This document shows, one piece after another, positions 1 to 12,918 of a DNA stretch of 64,000 nucleotides. Each line of letters opens with the position of its first letter. Positions within the stretch are counted from its first letter, which is position 1. Source of the stretch: Spizellomyces punctatus DAOM BR117. Lineage: Eukaryota. The stretch lies in the NCBI GenBank assembly GCA_000182565.2, contig KQ257453.1. One strand, written 5' to 3'. Below the pieces are notes generated by a model. The model saw only the letters and a program-made list of their open reading frames with translations. It did no database searches and was not told the DNA's origin. The position numbers were made by a program, and so were the translations under genes.

Positions 1-309
1 GCTTAGAATTCCCCGACAATTTGATTCTCTGCCATACCATGTATTTATGAAAGGTCTACAGATTTGTTTAACAGATATATGTAGTACTAGTACTAGTTGT
101 TGATTCCTTCGCATCGGTTCAATAGAACTGGGACCATTATATAAATTTGCATTGAAATCTCCGTCATGCAAAGCATCTGGTTCTCAAATACACAGCAGCC
201 ATTATCGAATATTATGAATTTAAACAACGTTTTGCTTATGGTACAATTGCACCCCTTTAGTTCTAAAATACATAAATTAAGGAGTTGCTCAATGCTCAAT
301 GTTTCCCGC

Positions 310-2340
310 TTAGTGCTTCCATCTAGAGAATGACACACGATTAGCCCGTTACCAAATGCTCATCGATCTAAAGCCTTACATTTTCAAGACTTTGTCCTTG
401 CCGCCACTGGCAACCTTATCTCCTGCTGGGCTCCAATCTACCGAGTATACTTCATCCGCGTGTCCTGGTAACTCGATTTTTAGCTTCTTGGTCTTCAGGT
501 CCCAGGTTTTGAGTGTCGAGTCGCGCGAGCCAGAGAGAACTTGTCGTGAGTCAGAAGACCAGCAGACTTGGAAGACAGCACCGACGTGTCCGCGGAGGGT
601 TGAGATGAAACTCGTGGTCAAGTAGCATGTGAGTTTACATATTGACTATATACACGTGAAAAAAAGCGAGTCAAAAACTCACACTCCCTTTTCAGCATCC
701 CATAACTTGATGCTCTTGTCAAAGCTCGCACTGGCTATTGTCCTCCCGTCAGGGGAGAAGCTCAAGTGGGTCACAGGCTGTTGATGTCCTGTCATCCGCG
801 TAATAGGCTTCTTGCCAGTACTAGGTTCCCATAAGAATATTGTGAAATCGTCGCTGCAGGATGCGAGGCGTTCTTTCCGAGTTCCATTGGCTGTTGCAGC
901 ATTGTAGCGTTTCGTCGCTGCAGCATGGGCTGTGGATCTGTCGGGGAAGGTAGAACCTGTGTGATCGTAGGGGCCGGTGCGGAGGATAAAATCGGTAGAG
1001 AGGGCGAGGTGGTTGACCCAGTGGGCATGGCCTTCCAGTGAGCGGACCAGCTTGCCCTTTGGAGTATTGGTTTGGTTACAACTCAAGTCGGACAATACCT
1101 CATCTATTACAGACACAATGCATACCTGCGTCGACTCCCACACTTTGATCGTCTTGTCTCTAGATGCAGAGTAAATCAACCCGTCGCCGCCCCACTTGAC
1201 GCACATTACAGGACCCGTATGTCCGGAAAGTGTCATAAGGACCTTTCGTAAGGTCGCATCCCATATGCGGACAGTGCCGTCACGCGACGCTGATGCAAAG
1301 CGATTGCAGTTTTCATTGCTAAAGCGGCATGAGAGATTATCATGCATCAAAATGTAGACTAACAGAAGACTTACAGGTGCATTGGCTCCCAGGATATGCT
1401 TGTAATGACTTGCGAATGAGCGCGGAGGGCATCGCCTATAGGTTTACCTGTTTTGGGATTCCACAATCTTATCTAATATTCACAAATATAGTTCAGTTTC
1501 AAGAAAGTCACAGCCTTCCTGTAAAGCTGGGTCATACCGTACTATCCATGCTTCCAGACGCCAAGATCTGACAGTCTGGGGACCAGGCCACAATCTGGAC
1601 CCAGTTCTTGTGCCCTACCAATCCGAACGGTTTAGACTATGCCCATGTAATATGGAACTCTCATTGAGTCGTCATTTATCAAGATCCACACACACCTTCC
1701 AGCGTAAATTGTGGGGTCTCGGTCGCTAGATCCCATATTCTCACTGTTGTGTCCCCAGATCCCGTTGCCAGCTGTGTTCCATCCGGACTAAAGCATACCG
1801 AGAGTATAGCCTCCGTATGTCCTATGCTCTGGAGCTGTAGTTACCCATGAGTGATGACATTCCTGCACACAAGTAGCTTACCAGTTAGCGAAGAACTGCA
1901 CCGAGTAACAGAGCGAACACGAAAAACCGCTTGTGGACGGTATAATATAGTAACCAAGTCTTCTGTAGATCGCTGGAGGCCTTGGATGATATCAACATGG
2001 AGGTTCTGCGTGATTTCTGTATCGTCGACGAGGAAGGAATACGGAAGTGGGTCTTCCTAAAGTGCCGTTCAAGAATCATATTTTTTTTTAACATTTATAC
2101 GTTTTTAAGTATTGCATATAATTATCTTACATTCTGCAAGAGGTTGTTCAACAAGAGCGCTAGCTGCTCTGGGTTGACGTCGGCGGGAAGGTTCAAAGGA
2201 GGCCCACACACTTCCCCTTCAGGACTTTTGAATTGCGCAACAACCGTGGCCCCGACCGGAGCAGCAGGTGCGGCATCCCCTGCTGCTTGCTTTCGCTTTG
2301 ATTTTGCCGTGTATGGATGGAACTTTGTTTCTCCCCCCAT
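310..2340 (-). CDS. RSA4: Notchless/Rsa4 WD40 ribosome-assembly factor (multi-exon)
   Basis: N-terminal NLE domain ([47 protein letters not shown]) then WD40 repeats incl. [52 protein letters not shown]; last exon IWKH* inferred at 310-322. Confidence 0.93.
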
Positions 2341-2916
2341 AATGTTAAATTGCAGGACGATAAAATGTTCAAGCTGCAAGATCTCAAAAAGAGTCCTTCA
2401 AGTCAGCAATGGAATGCTGTGCCACTGTTGCCTAGTTACAAAGCTTGCTGGTCAACCCTTCCATCCATGAGAAAGTCGAAGCTTTCCATCTGCCTTTACC
2501 GCGAAACAGATTGTTGGAAAAGCGTAAAGGCACCGTTCGGTGAGTTATCCCTCCTCTTTGCTACCAATCGTTGTCATTTTGGGTAGTTGTCCATGTCGTT
2601 GTCTTCTGGCTTGTCGTCTGGAATGGCTTGTCGTCATCTCTTGTCGTCTTGTCCGTGGGGAGGAGGGAGAACACAGGCTGTGATTTGAATGAAACTCTCT
2701 GGCGCTTCTTTGGGGGCAGTTTACGCTGATAGTCAGAGTCTGTAGTCTATTTTCTGTCTCTCTGTGACGATTCATGCAACTGATCTGGTTTTCGCTGGAC
2801 CGACTTTTTGGAACCTTTTGGTGCGCCAACTGGACCCAGTCGCTAACTTCACCCCATATTTACATCGCTCCAGACGTACTTCTGTAAAGTTGTGTCTGTT
2901 GGCGAGTGACAACAGA

Positions 2917-5468
2917 ATGGCTTCTCCGGACGAATACGATGGCGGTCGATCCACTCGGGACAAGTTCCAGCGTGAACGTGATGATGACGCACAAGGAGTC
3001 GAGGTGGACGAGTTCGGACGAACAATAGATAATCGCAAGCGACGGGAGCGCAGCAAAAGTCGGAGTCGCTCGCCGGAACCTACTGGTGAGTAGGTCCGGT
3101 TAATGGATCGAATCTGTTTACAATGTTTCTTATCTGAGGTAATACAACTTTAGGCGAACGTCGCGGCAAGCGTCGTCGATCTCGTAGCAGAGAGCTGGAT
3201 ACCTATATACCTGACTATGGTCGGGATGGATATGCACCTCCCCCTCGGTTCGGCGGCGCCACTGTGCCCGTGCCTCTCATGGATTATGGACAAGCCTTTT
3301 TTCCGATGATGGGAGACCACTACGATGGACGAAAGAGGTGACTTACTCTGGAGTCTTAATAGATATGCGTTCTGCTAACTCTCCTTGTTAGTCAAAATCT
3401 GCCAGACCCGATGAAGCTGGACTATCTTGTTTCACGCGAAGCATTCGCGGATTTCGCGCGACAAGAGTTCAGGAAGAAAAATGGCCGCCATGCCACGATG
3501 AGCCAAGAAGAATTGGAACGTCGATACGAAATTTACAAAGAGAATTTCACCAACAAACAGCATCAAAAGTTCTTCAGCACAGAAAAGAACAATGAATGGT
3601 ACGCATTCAATAGTATCTATTCTCTATGAAACCCTATGGTAACCACTCCTACAACAGGTTCCGCGAAAAGTATCATCCCGTCGAGTCCAGACCACTCAAG
3701 GAAGAGACAAACAAGCGCCGGCACGAGCTGCTAGCCAAATTTCAAACTGAATTAGGCGAAGGCAAATACGACGACGTCAACTACGATCAACCAGCGGCGG
3801 CATCTGGGGGCGATGATGCTGTGGACAAACAGGAGGACGAAGATGTGAAACCTATCAAGGCAGAAGAGGAGCAACCAGAGGAAACCTTGGTACCTGTAGG
3901 CAAGAAGACTTCTGAGCCTGTTTATGCGTTGTTCATCAAAACTGTCCCGCCCAGCATGAAACGTCAGAAGATTGTGGAGGTAGGTGAATGCTTTCTGACA
4001 GTACTTATTGTATAGTATTAAGCTCTTTGATCATCAGCTGGTCCAAAAAGTCGAGGGCTTCAAGTATCTCGTTTTGAGTGACCCCAAACCCGACAAGTCG
4101 ATGCATCGCCTTGGCTGGATTGTGTTTGAAGACGGGACTGACATGATGAAAGCGTTTAACGAGCTGAATAAAAAATCGGTATGTTTTTTTTTGGCTACAT
4201 GAAGGCAGCCTCCTGCTGACGGCTACCCTTTCAGATCGACAACTTCACATTCCATCTTGCTCCCCATCACATTCTGGAGTCCCGCACTCGTGTGGCTCCC
4301 GGCGAAACTAGCAGACCGGAGCGACTTCGGCATGACCTCGATCAAATTAAACAGCTGGCTCAAGTGCTTGACGAGGAAGTTGGATTTGACCAAGGCTCTG
4401 GTGCAGATCTGGTTGCCAATCGCCTCAACAGCATTATACTGCCGGCTTTGGATACTAGCATGGATACTGATGGTGACCAGAAGGAGACCGATAAGGTATA
4501 TAGTGGCTATGAGGTCTCGATTATGAACCTCGCAATGCGTGCTCACTAAATCTCAATGCAATTCCAATAGGTTAAGCGGTCCTTGGACCTTTACATAACC
4601 TATCTTCGGGTCGTTCACAATTATGACTACTATGGTGGTATTGAGAGTGCAAGTCCAGAGGATTTTGCCCGCCGATCGGCTGTTTATCTTCGCCGTCCAC
4701 CGCCTCCTGAAGACAAGGACATCCGTAAAGACTGGACCGATCGACTGGACTTGCGTGTTGACCTGCGCATTCGGAAGCCGATTGATGGTCCAGAGATAAC
4801 TAAACTAGGTGGAAAATCTCTCGAAGTGGAATTAGATAAATACCTTAGCAAGCATGTCAAGAAGGAGAGCGAGGGGAAGTACCGATGCCAAGAATGCAGC
4901 AAGCTTTTCAAAGGCGATGAATTCGTCAAGAAACATATCAAATCGAAACACGCCGAAGTCTGCGCCTCCACCAAACAGGAGGTTGAATTTTTCAACAATT
5001 ACATCAGGGATCCAACCAAGGTGGACCCCAGTCGACAGGCTCTCGGCGCACTGAACGGGAATGCCACGCAAACTGTCGGTGCAGCCCCTGCCGTTCCTGT
5101 CATGCCGATGATGCCAATGCAAATGCAAATGCCGCTCATGAACCCTGCCTGGCAAATGCAAATGCAAATGATGGCACAAATGCAGATGATGCAGCCTATG
5201 GGGATGCCAGCGGGCACGGGAATGAGAATGAATGGAGGAGGGCAGCGCAATGGGCGAGGTGGCAGAGGCTCTGTTTCTGGAAGATTGGGGCCACCCCCCG
5301 ATAGGAGGAATTCGTAAGTGTGCTCTGAAAACCTGCTAATGTGCAAGAACGATCTGTCTAATTCCCTTTATAAAAACCCTCAGGCGCGGCGATCCACGCC
5401 AGATTCGTAGCTACAATGATCTCGATAATCCTGTTCCATCTGGTGAAATGGAGATCAGCTATGATTAA
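2917..5468 (+). CDS. SRRT: ARS2/SERRATE RNA effector homolog (multi-exon)
   Basis: RS-rich N-terminus, WFREKYHP motif, RRM-like region, LDLYITYLRVVHNYDYYGG, C2H2 finger YRCQECSKLFKGDEFVKKHIKSKH, C-terminal RGDPRQIRSYNDLD typical of ARS2. Confidence 0.92.
5102..5205 (+). repeat. Coding low-complexity ATGCAA/ATGCCG-type repeats (Met/Gln/Pro tract) in ARS2
   Basis: MPMMPMQMQMPLMNPAWQMQMQMMAQMQMMQPMGM. Confidence 0.7.
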
Positions 5469-5823
5469 CCATTCAAAAGAATGATGCAACATATCTTGTC
5501 CGTGTCGTGCTGTAATATACTTTGGAGAATGCTCCTTTTGCTGTAAAAACTATTGCAATAATGTGTTGAATATATGCATTTGCGATGTCAAACAGGTTAT
5601 CCATCTTGAAATTATTTAAAAATGACGCTTCATGTATTGGAGAATATTCATTCTTGGTCTGTAGGTCATCCCCTGTCCATAAACCCTCTATTTCTTGCCA
5701 GTCTTCCGTTCTGCAACCTCCCTTTCATGTTCTCGGATGTAGCGCTCTTCGGCAGCAGATTCCCTTTTGCTACAAACCTTGTCGGTACAATGACATACAA
5801 GAAATGCAAATAACCTTGGAGAC

Positions 5824-6126
5824 CTACCTGAAAGCATCCGATCCTGCCTTTCCGTGGAGATGCACACTCTTCTCCAACTCCTTGTGGAATTGAGGATCCA
5901 AGCTAGGGTCCTTCTCGAGCTTCTTCTTGGCAGCCTGCTCCTTCAACTTGAGCTGCTCCCTCAACTTTTTGATAACTTCCTTCTCGTGCTCCCAAGCATA
6001 TCGCTCTTCTTCCGTTGCCTCGCGCTTGGCGAATGCACCACCGGCATCGCGGATGTTTGTGGTCATTGCGCGGGTGAACCGGGGAACGGTGCGGAGGGGA
6101 CGCGCTACGAGACGGAGTGCGGACAT
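5824..6126 (-). CDS. INH1: Mitochondrial F1Fo-ATPase inhibitor IF1 (single exon)
   Basis: Arg-rich presequence then IRDAGGAFAKREATEEERYAWEHEKE, the IATP family signature. Confidence 0.9.
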   Translation of the reverse strand: MSALRLVARPLRTVPRFTRAMTTNIRDAGGAFAKREATEEERYAWEHEKEVIKKLREQLKLKEQAAKKKLEKDPSLDPQFHKELEKSVHLHGKAGSDAFR

Positions 6127-7071
6127 TGTTATTCGTTTTTGTTATGGACTTGGGTGCCGTGTCGCGATGAGATGCGTTTTGCTTTTTATATTTTGTTCCC
6201 GAAAATGAGGTCACGCAAGTCATCACGTGTATTGCCGGGGATGAGTCATTATGATGGCATGAGTCATGCAGTTTGAGAGATGAGGCATATTCCATTTGCT
6301 TGCCCAATGCATTATGGAGATTATTTGTTTCTACTGCATGCAATCATGGAGGAACATTGGGAAGTATCATTGAAATGTCGAGTTGCGGTATAGGAAAATG
6401 CGTTGACTGCCGGTGCATCGCTTGTCTTTTGGCACTACATAATCATTCCATGGTCGTCATCGATGTAGAAATGAGTAAGCGTATACGATGACCGTCAAGT
6501 TTCTCTCCTGCAGCTCATAGATTCCTTTCATGCATGTGTCTTACGTTCACAATTTGTCCGGTTTGGGAACGCGTTGTCGAGAGCTTACACCTGTCTTGGG
6601 ACATGAAGCGGATGAACACAGTTTTCTATTATAGATATGCATCCATGCGACTATTCGGTTGTTCTTATGTCGCCAGATCCTATGGTGCGTGCTCAAGACC
6701 TTGATTCCTTGTCGCTTAAGCTACCATCCACAAAAGGGTACCGCCAATCATCAAAAACAATCCCCACGTCTCACCAGTTGAAACACTAGAAACCGACTAG
6801 TTCTACCTCGTTGCTCAAGAAATTCCAACATGCCTCTTTTGTTCTGTTCGTCTGCGCTGTAATAACTACTGATATCCTATCAGCGTTCTGTACCTGTTGA
6901 TTTGTTTATATGCAACTGCATGTTGTTGAAAACTCCGCATTGAAGTGCGTAAGCATCATCACGTGAACGGTCACTTTCCACTCCCGCCATCCATCCGGGC
7001 AAACAACAACAGTTCACGCCCCGCCATCGACTCTGTACCAACGATAGACATAAAATTATAGCTTGTTAAGT

Positions 7072-7730
7072 ATGGCGGTAAGTGATAAAGGAAGAAGCCC
7101 TTGCTGGCTGCCGCGAGAAAAACTCCAAAGCCGGCTGTGGACATGCCAAGTTGCAAGTAGGCGACCGTGAGGCCCTCAGCTTACAGATCATATTCCGGTT
7201 GACAGGCTGGCGATCACAAGAAAGAAGACTTTCGAAAATACCTTGAAAAGAATGGTATCATTGATGCCTTGACTAAAGGTGGGTGTGAAGATATTGAAGC
7301 TGCCGGCCAGGTCACAATAAGTTGTTCTTTGCTAAAACGAAAAATACGCTAGTTCTCGTTGGCCTGTATGAAGAACCTGAAAAGCCTGAAAATGCCATGG
7401 AGTAGGTATCGAGTGAAGATTTTGCAACGACAGCATCTCACTGACTAGTCGTATCGCAGTTACGTAAAACAATTTCTTGGAGGCCCATCAGACGTTGATG
7501 TGGAAGCTCTGCGTAATGAGAATGAGGAGTTACGTCGCAAAGTTGAAGAGTTACAGCAGCGGCTTGATGAGATTAAGGGAGCAAATCAAGTATGTCACCT
7601 TGAGGCTGCGATGGATTTGAGACCAGTAGAGATACTCATCCTTGATCGCATATAGCCTACGGTACAAGAACCGGCTAGCGTTACCCCAGGAGCACCTGGA
7701 GCCCCTGTCGAGCCACAGCCTGCCCAATGA
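7072..7730 (+). CDS. MYCBP: c-Myc-binding protein / AMY-1 homolog (multi-exon, not in ORF track)
   Basis: Spliced translation MA|AGDHKKEDFRKYLEKNGIIDALTK|VLVGLYEEPEKPENAME|YVKQFLGG...DVEALRNENEELRRKVEEL matches MYCBP; start exon ATGGCG|gtaagt inferred. Confidence 0.88.
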
Positions 7731-8049
7731 TTTGTAGTGGTCAAGAATCCCACATAACACCTGGACACCTGTTCCGTTGAATGTACATATTTACCCTTTT
7801 GGAAATAAAACTTCACAAAGTCACTAAAAGCTCATGTTTGTTTGATCACCCTATATTTTAGATACAGAGAAGAATGCTTCACATGCCTCTCCTCGGCCAC
7901 ATTATGTGCAATTGCTCTTGTCTGGGCCCGAAACACCCGCTATTGTGTTAGGTTGTATAAATACACCATTGCATTATGCAACTGCGGTCCTCTTTATTCC
8001 GACAAAGTCCGCCAGTCCTTCCCATACCCCTCGTAGAAATAAATCTATT

Positions 8050-9579
8050 TTACGCAAAATGCAGAGACGTCATCATCTTTCTGATAACTGCCTCGGGATC
8101 CATGCTGCACTGAAGGTTGTAGGTGTGCCACCATCTATATGCTTCGACCACTCCGTAGTAGTGGACAACCGCGGCAGCTACGACCAGACAATGAAATATT
8201 TGGTGCGAGTGGAACTGCCAAGACATCAAAAACGGGAGATCAGCCGTACGTATCACTTGAAAGTGCAGAGTTGATATCTACCCAAAGATCGAATTTTCCT
8301 GGTGCCCAGCGCTCCGGAACTCTGCAAGCATATACAACCGCGCCGAGAAAGTATATTGCACCAGAAGAAATAAGAGAGCCAGACGAGAGTGCATGTCTTG
8401 TCATTTGACTCTGGATAGGAAAGTCAGATGCGGCTGAAACTTGGCGCAACGGAGACGGACTCACCCCATATTTCGTCAATGCGTGTACCAACGGGACGAC
8501 GCCAGTCAGGCCCATTAATACAAACAGGCCTGTTCGCAGCAGACGATAACGTGGAGCAAAAAATTTGGGAGAAACCGTAATACAAATCTGAAATTGGATA
8601 TGTAAGTCGCTTGCACACGTCGACCACCAAAGTGGGTCGCGTACCGTTACGATTCCGAATATGACAATTACGGCGAGGTAAACAGCCTGCAATTTAGGGC
8701 TACAAAAGAATCCTAGCAGAGAGTCCGAGTTAACCAAGTGCCGGTATTTGTCCTATACCGATCAGTGCTCACCATAATAAATCGAAGGAACAAAGGATCC
8801 CCTAGAGTCGGAGGTCGAGTGATACATCAATCATAGTGCTCTACTAGCAGCAGGGGCGGGTACAGGTCGGCCACTCGACTTACATGATCAGCGTAACAAT
8901 ACCAACATAATCTCCTCTTAACCATACTGCCGCAACGCTTCTGGAATGACAGCAGCACAAATGGAAGGTGGTCGATAATCCAAGACAAACAACCGCTCCC
9001 AAGAAGAACATGCTTATGATCAAGATATCGGCCCAAGTACTTGTTTCAACCGTCAACCACCCATAAAAAACTTGCGCAAGGACCACAAAGCCCACAAAGC
9101 CTAGCGCGTGCGTAAAAACGTTGCCAGTTTCGTTGTGCAGGTATGTTAATGATTTTACACATCCCAGGTAAGAGTTCGTTATTCTCCGGTATCCTTTTAG
9201 TAGGTAGACGTTATCCACATACCTGAGAAACTTGTAAATGAATATGAAAAGGACGACGTAAAGTCATCGCTGATACATACCAATCTGGCATCTCTTTGAT
9301 GGGTACGGTATATTTGTTCGGTTCCCCCTCTCGTTGCGTGAACTGATCATAGTCTCGTAGGTCGCGGAGAACAGCGGACGAAGTGGCAGGAACATTTACT
9401 GGATCAGTTGCAGCCTTGTCTAATAACGGTGTGGACTCCGCGCTTGGGTCTGCCTTGAGCGATTGTCTCCGTCGTGCTGCTCCTATGCGCTGCTCATAGG
9501 AAGAGACCTCGACGGATGTCGCGCTCCGCAAAGAGTCGTCGAGAACGGCCGTGATATGAGCCGTTTGCTTCGGCGACAT
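8050..9579 (-). CDS. PAQR/adiponectin receptor-like (IZH, hemolysin-III) membrane protein
   Basis: DNVYLLKGYR, LHNETGNVFTH, STTFHLCCCHS, DYVGI, RVPERWAPGKFDLW, HSHQIFH motifs. Confidence 0.92.
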
Positions 9580-9829
9580 TGTTGAACGGCCTCGTTTAAA
9601 GCAAATGCTGAACTATGCGTGACAAGTTGCGGTGCTTCGACCCAAGTGCAAATCACACGCAAATCAGCTCAAGCTCCGACGACTCTATTTTTCTAAAACG
9701 ATCTGCCTGAAAAAACAGGCTGTTCGCGCTGTGCTTGGTGGACAAGATGGCAGTTCCGTCGTCGAACGAAGGCGAGCGGACGCCGTCGATCTTCCGTTTA
9801 TGCGATCCAGTCGGTCCAGCGCGTGTCTT

Positions 9830-9843
9830 GTTGCCATGTCAAC
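9830..9843. promoter_or_regulatory. RFX X-box-like palindrome GTTGCCATGTCAAC in the PAQR/ATP18 divergent promoter
   Basis: Matches GTTRCCATGGYAAC-type consensus at nearly all positions. Confidence 0.5.
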
Positions 9844-10044
9844 AATGGACACGTTCGTGGCGCAAATATCACGTGTAATCCTCCAATCAGAGGGCGTAAC
9901 GTCATCCTTAGATTCCACAAGCCACTTGCAGCCGTCAAGCGCCGAAGGCGAGCGACTCGAAGGAACAGCAAAAGGTCGACCCTCATTTGCAGCATTTGCG
10001 CAATACCCCAATCTCGAACAAAAAATCAAGGCCGCAATTTGAAA

Positions 10045-10655
10045 ATGGCTGCTGCAGCTCCATACCGCACCTTCCTCGGCCAACGCGTATGGCCCGCCAC
10101 CATCCTCAAGCTTTACTTTCCCTTTTTCATTTCGGGATCCATGGCTTTCTTCCTCTTCAGCTTTGCTCACACCAAGATGATGGACAGTACGTATTCTTGA
10201 TTTTCAATTTGCGATCTACTGTTTATGTCGTTGGGTTGAATCGGAACGAGACTTTTGGGAGGATGTGCGATCACGGAGGCATGGGGAATGAAGTGACAAT
10301 ATGTTCGCGGGCCGTATTACAGAATATTGTTCCATGTTTTGGTTATTGCTCTTATCTCACCCTTTTCTTCATTGTAACCAGGTCCTAGCGCAAAGTGGGA
10401 GAACATTGTGTAAGTTGAACGAGTGTTGCATGTCTCGGGAAGGGCTTAGCAAGGATTCCCTCGTCATCGCATGCTGGGACACGATGCACTTGAATCCCGG
10501 CAGAAGCAACCTTTACGCATATAAAAGATCATCGTTGATTTCGTGAAACTTTTGCTCACAAGCTTGTTTCATCTCTTAGCAACAACGTTCGCCGCGATAC
10601 CGCAAGGCAAAAGCTCAAGGCCGCTGCTGGAGAGTACTACGAAGCACACAAATAG
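10045..10655 (+). CDS. ATP18: ATP synthase subunit i/j (3 exons: 10045-10186, 10382-10409, 10580-10655)
   Basis: WPATILKLYFPFFISGSMAFF resembles fungal Atp18 (PTPILKVYWPFFVAG); small single-TM protein; splice phases are consistent. Confidence 0.7.
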
Positions 10656-11128
10656 GAGAGCATTCGTACTACCCCGTTTCTTTGGCTATTCGTCCTTTGA
10701 ATCAGTCCTGCTATCACGGTTTCCTTGGGCGTGGGATTTTGTCGGTGCTATTAGTTAGAACCAATAAGATATTACTTTGTGGAGTGAAGAACCAAATGAG
10801 AAGGAGTGGCGAAAGCTGTGGCTCAACTTGGGAAGTTGAAATTTCCAACCATCACGCTCATAAACATGCAAATCGAATCTACTGGGGCTCTCCATTGGCA
10901 AGTCTCCGCCGCGTTCATCCGAAATACCTAATTACAAGCAGTCCACCGCATAATGAGCGAGGGCCGTGGTTTGCTATCCAGTCGCCAAAAGAGCCATTAG
11001 CATATTAACTAACATCCCCAAAATGACCACCAAAAAACAACATCTATCCACATTGATCAAGAAAAACTGCCCTATCGTTGGGTATCTCATGCTATATGAA
11101 AGTCTGTCCGCGATATACCGTACGGGAC

Positions 11129-12249
11129 TCATGGCAAATGATTCCAGTCCACTTCCTTTATCCCTTTTGCCTTTAGCCACTCATTCGCCTTGGAAAAATG
11201 CTTGCATCCAAACCATCCTCCCTGGTTGGCACTCAAAGGGCTTGGGTGCTTCGCCGTCAATACCAAGTGCTTCTTCTTATCAATACCTTTCCCTTTCTTT
11301 TGCGCAAAAGCGCCCCACAACATAAATACAAGCCCTGTTTTCGTTTTGTTCAGATAGGCTATGATGGCGTCCGTGAACTGAGCCCAGCCGAAATTTTGAT
11401 GACTGTTGGCTTCGCCTTTTCGGACGGTCAAACTTGCGTTCAGGAGTAAGACACCTTCCGTACACCATCCTTCCAGAAAACCGTGTGAGGGTCTCGTAAA
11501 CTTTTCTGGACCGAGATCAGATTCCAGTTCTCGGAATATGTTAAGGAGGGACGGAGGAGGTGGAATACCCTTCTTGACTGAGAAGCACAGTCCGTGAGCT
11601 TGATTAGGTCCATGATAAGGATCCTGACCAATGATAACCACTTTGATGTTTTCCAATGAACATTTTGTGAATGAGTAGATCTCTGTTGGGATTGGGTATA
11701 TTGTCGCCTTTCGAGCGTATTCTTGGTTTAGGGCTCGTTTGATATTGAGAAAATACGGCTTTTCAATTTCGGTTTTGAAAGCTCTATACCAATCTGGGGA
11801 CATGGTTTCTTTTTCAAGCTGCAGGAGGGCGGACTTTTCGCGTAAAGCTAGAGCAGCAAGTCGTTTGGCTTCGATCGCTTTGACCTGCAATGCGAAAAGG
11901 AAAATAGCAGTGAGCGCTTTTACGCATGATAGTCAACATCAAAAAGATTCTAGCCGGCTTCTAGCGGAGGATGCAAGATGGTCGTCCCGCTCACCAAGAG
12001 ACACAGCGAAACGTTCGTTGCTGACTTTCTTACCTGCTGTTCTGTCAGCCCTTGTTTTATTTCACCCACACCGTTATCTACTTCTGACGCCAAGGGCTGC
12101 GGTTCCAGCACATCCTCCTTCACTACTTCAACCACCCCATCCGTCTTCTTCTCCAGCTCCTTCGTCGCAGAGGCGGATAGTCTGCGTTTCTTGGGAGGCA
12201 AACAATCCTCGCTGGTGTTTTCTACAGGCTTAAAGTATTTTCGTATCAT
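11129..12249 (-). CDS. UNG1: Uracil-DNA glycosylase, family 1
   Basis: KVVIIGQDPYHGPNQAHGLCFS, GVLLLNASLTVR, HPSPLSA; N-terminal MIRKYF (PIP-like) and PPKKRR NLS; one intron. Confidence 0.96.
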
Positions 12250-12590
12250 TGTTGTTGAGCGCGTACAGGCTAGAGGGAGAGCACAGGAGACGCGAGCTCG
12301 TAATGGTAGTCCCAGGCAGAACACTTTGGGTGCAGTGTGCGGTGGTGCGATGGATGCAAGTGGGACAAATGGCGAGGAGAAGGAGCGATTTGCCCGTCCT
12401 TACCATGCGGCTTGCAGGTGGCTTGTTCATTTACCCTTATCAAGAAGTCATTAATGCGCCACATCAAAATGGTCCGAGAATGGCCGTCGTGAACAAGAAA
12501 GACCGACTCTTCCTCATAACACAGCAGGTTGTTAACCATTGTTCCTCATCACGCCAATCACCCCAAAACGCTGCACGAAACAACGTAAAC

Positions 12591-12918
12591 ATGGTGTTTG
12601 CACAGCAATGGACCACTGTCGCCCCTTGGGTACGCAAGATTGCACCCCTCGTCCACCCTGAGAAGATTCGCAACTAGTAAGACATGATTTACCTGCCACG
12701 CGCAATCACAGAATCGAAATTACCAATAGATAGACTTAACCGTGCATTTGTCCATTTGCAGCGCTCCCGTCATTGCCACCTGGGGAGCAGCAGCCGGTAT
12801 CACTGTCCTCTTCTTCCTCGAACCAACTCCCATCGCCCGTACCGATATCTTCCAGAACATTCCTGTTGTGGGTGGATTCTGGAAGCACAAGCTGGAAGCG
12901 CGGGAACAGAAGGACTAG
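12591..12918 (+). CDS. QCR10: Cytochrome bc1 complex subunit 10 (2 exons)
   Basis: Spliced ...KIRNYAPVIATWGAAAGITVLFFLEPTPIARTDIFQNIPVVGGFW matches the fungal Qcr10 pattern. Confidence 0.82.

Noticed and set aside
7143-7160. ATGCCAAGTTGC as the MYCBP start
   Set aside because: No donor gives the phase-0 join needed; ATGGCG|gtaagt at 7072 does.
9632-10170. 136-aa and 161-aa ORFs across the PAQR/ATP18 promoter
   Set aside because: Non-ATG starts, GC-rich promoter sequence, no homology signal.
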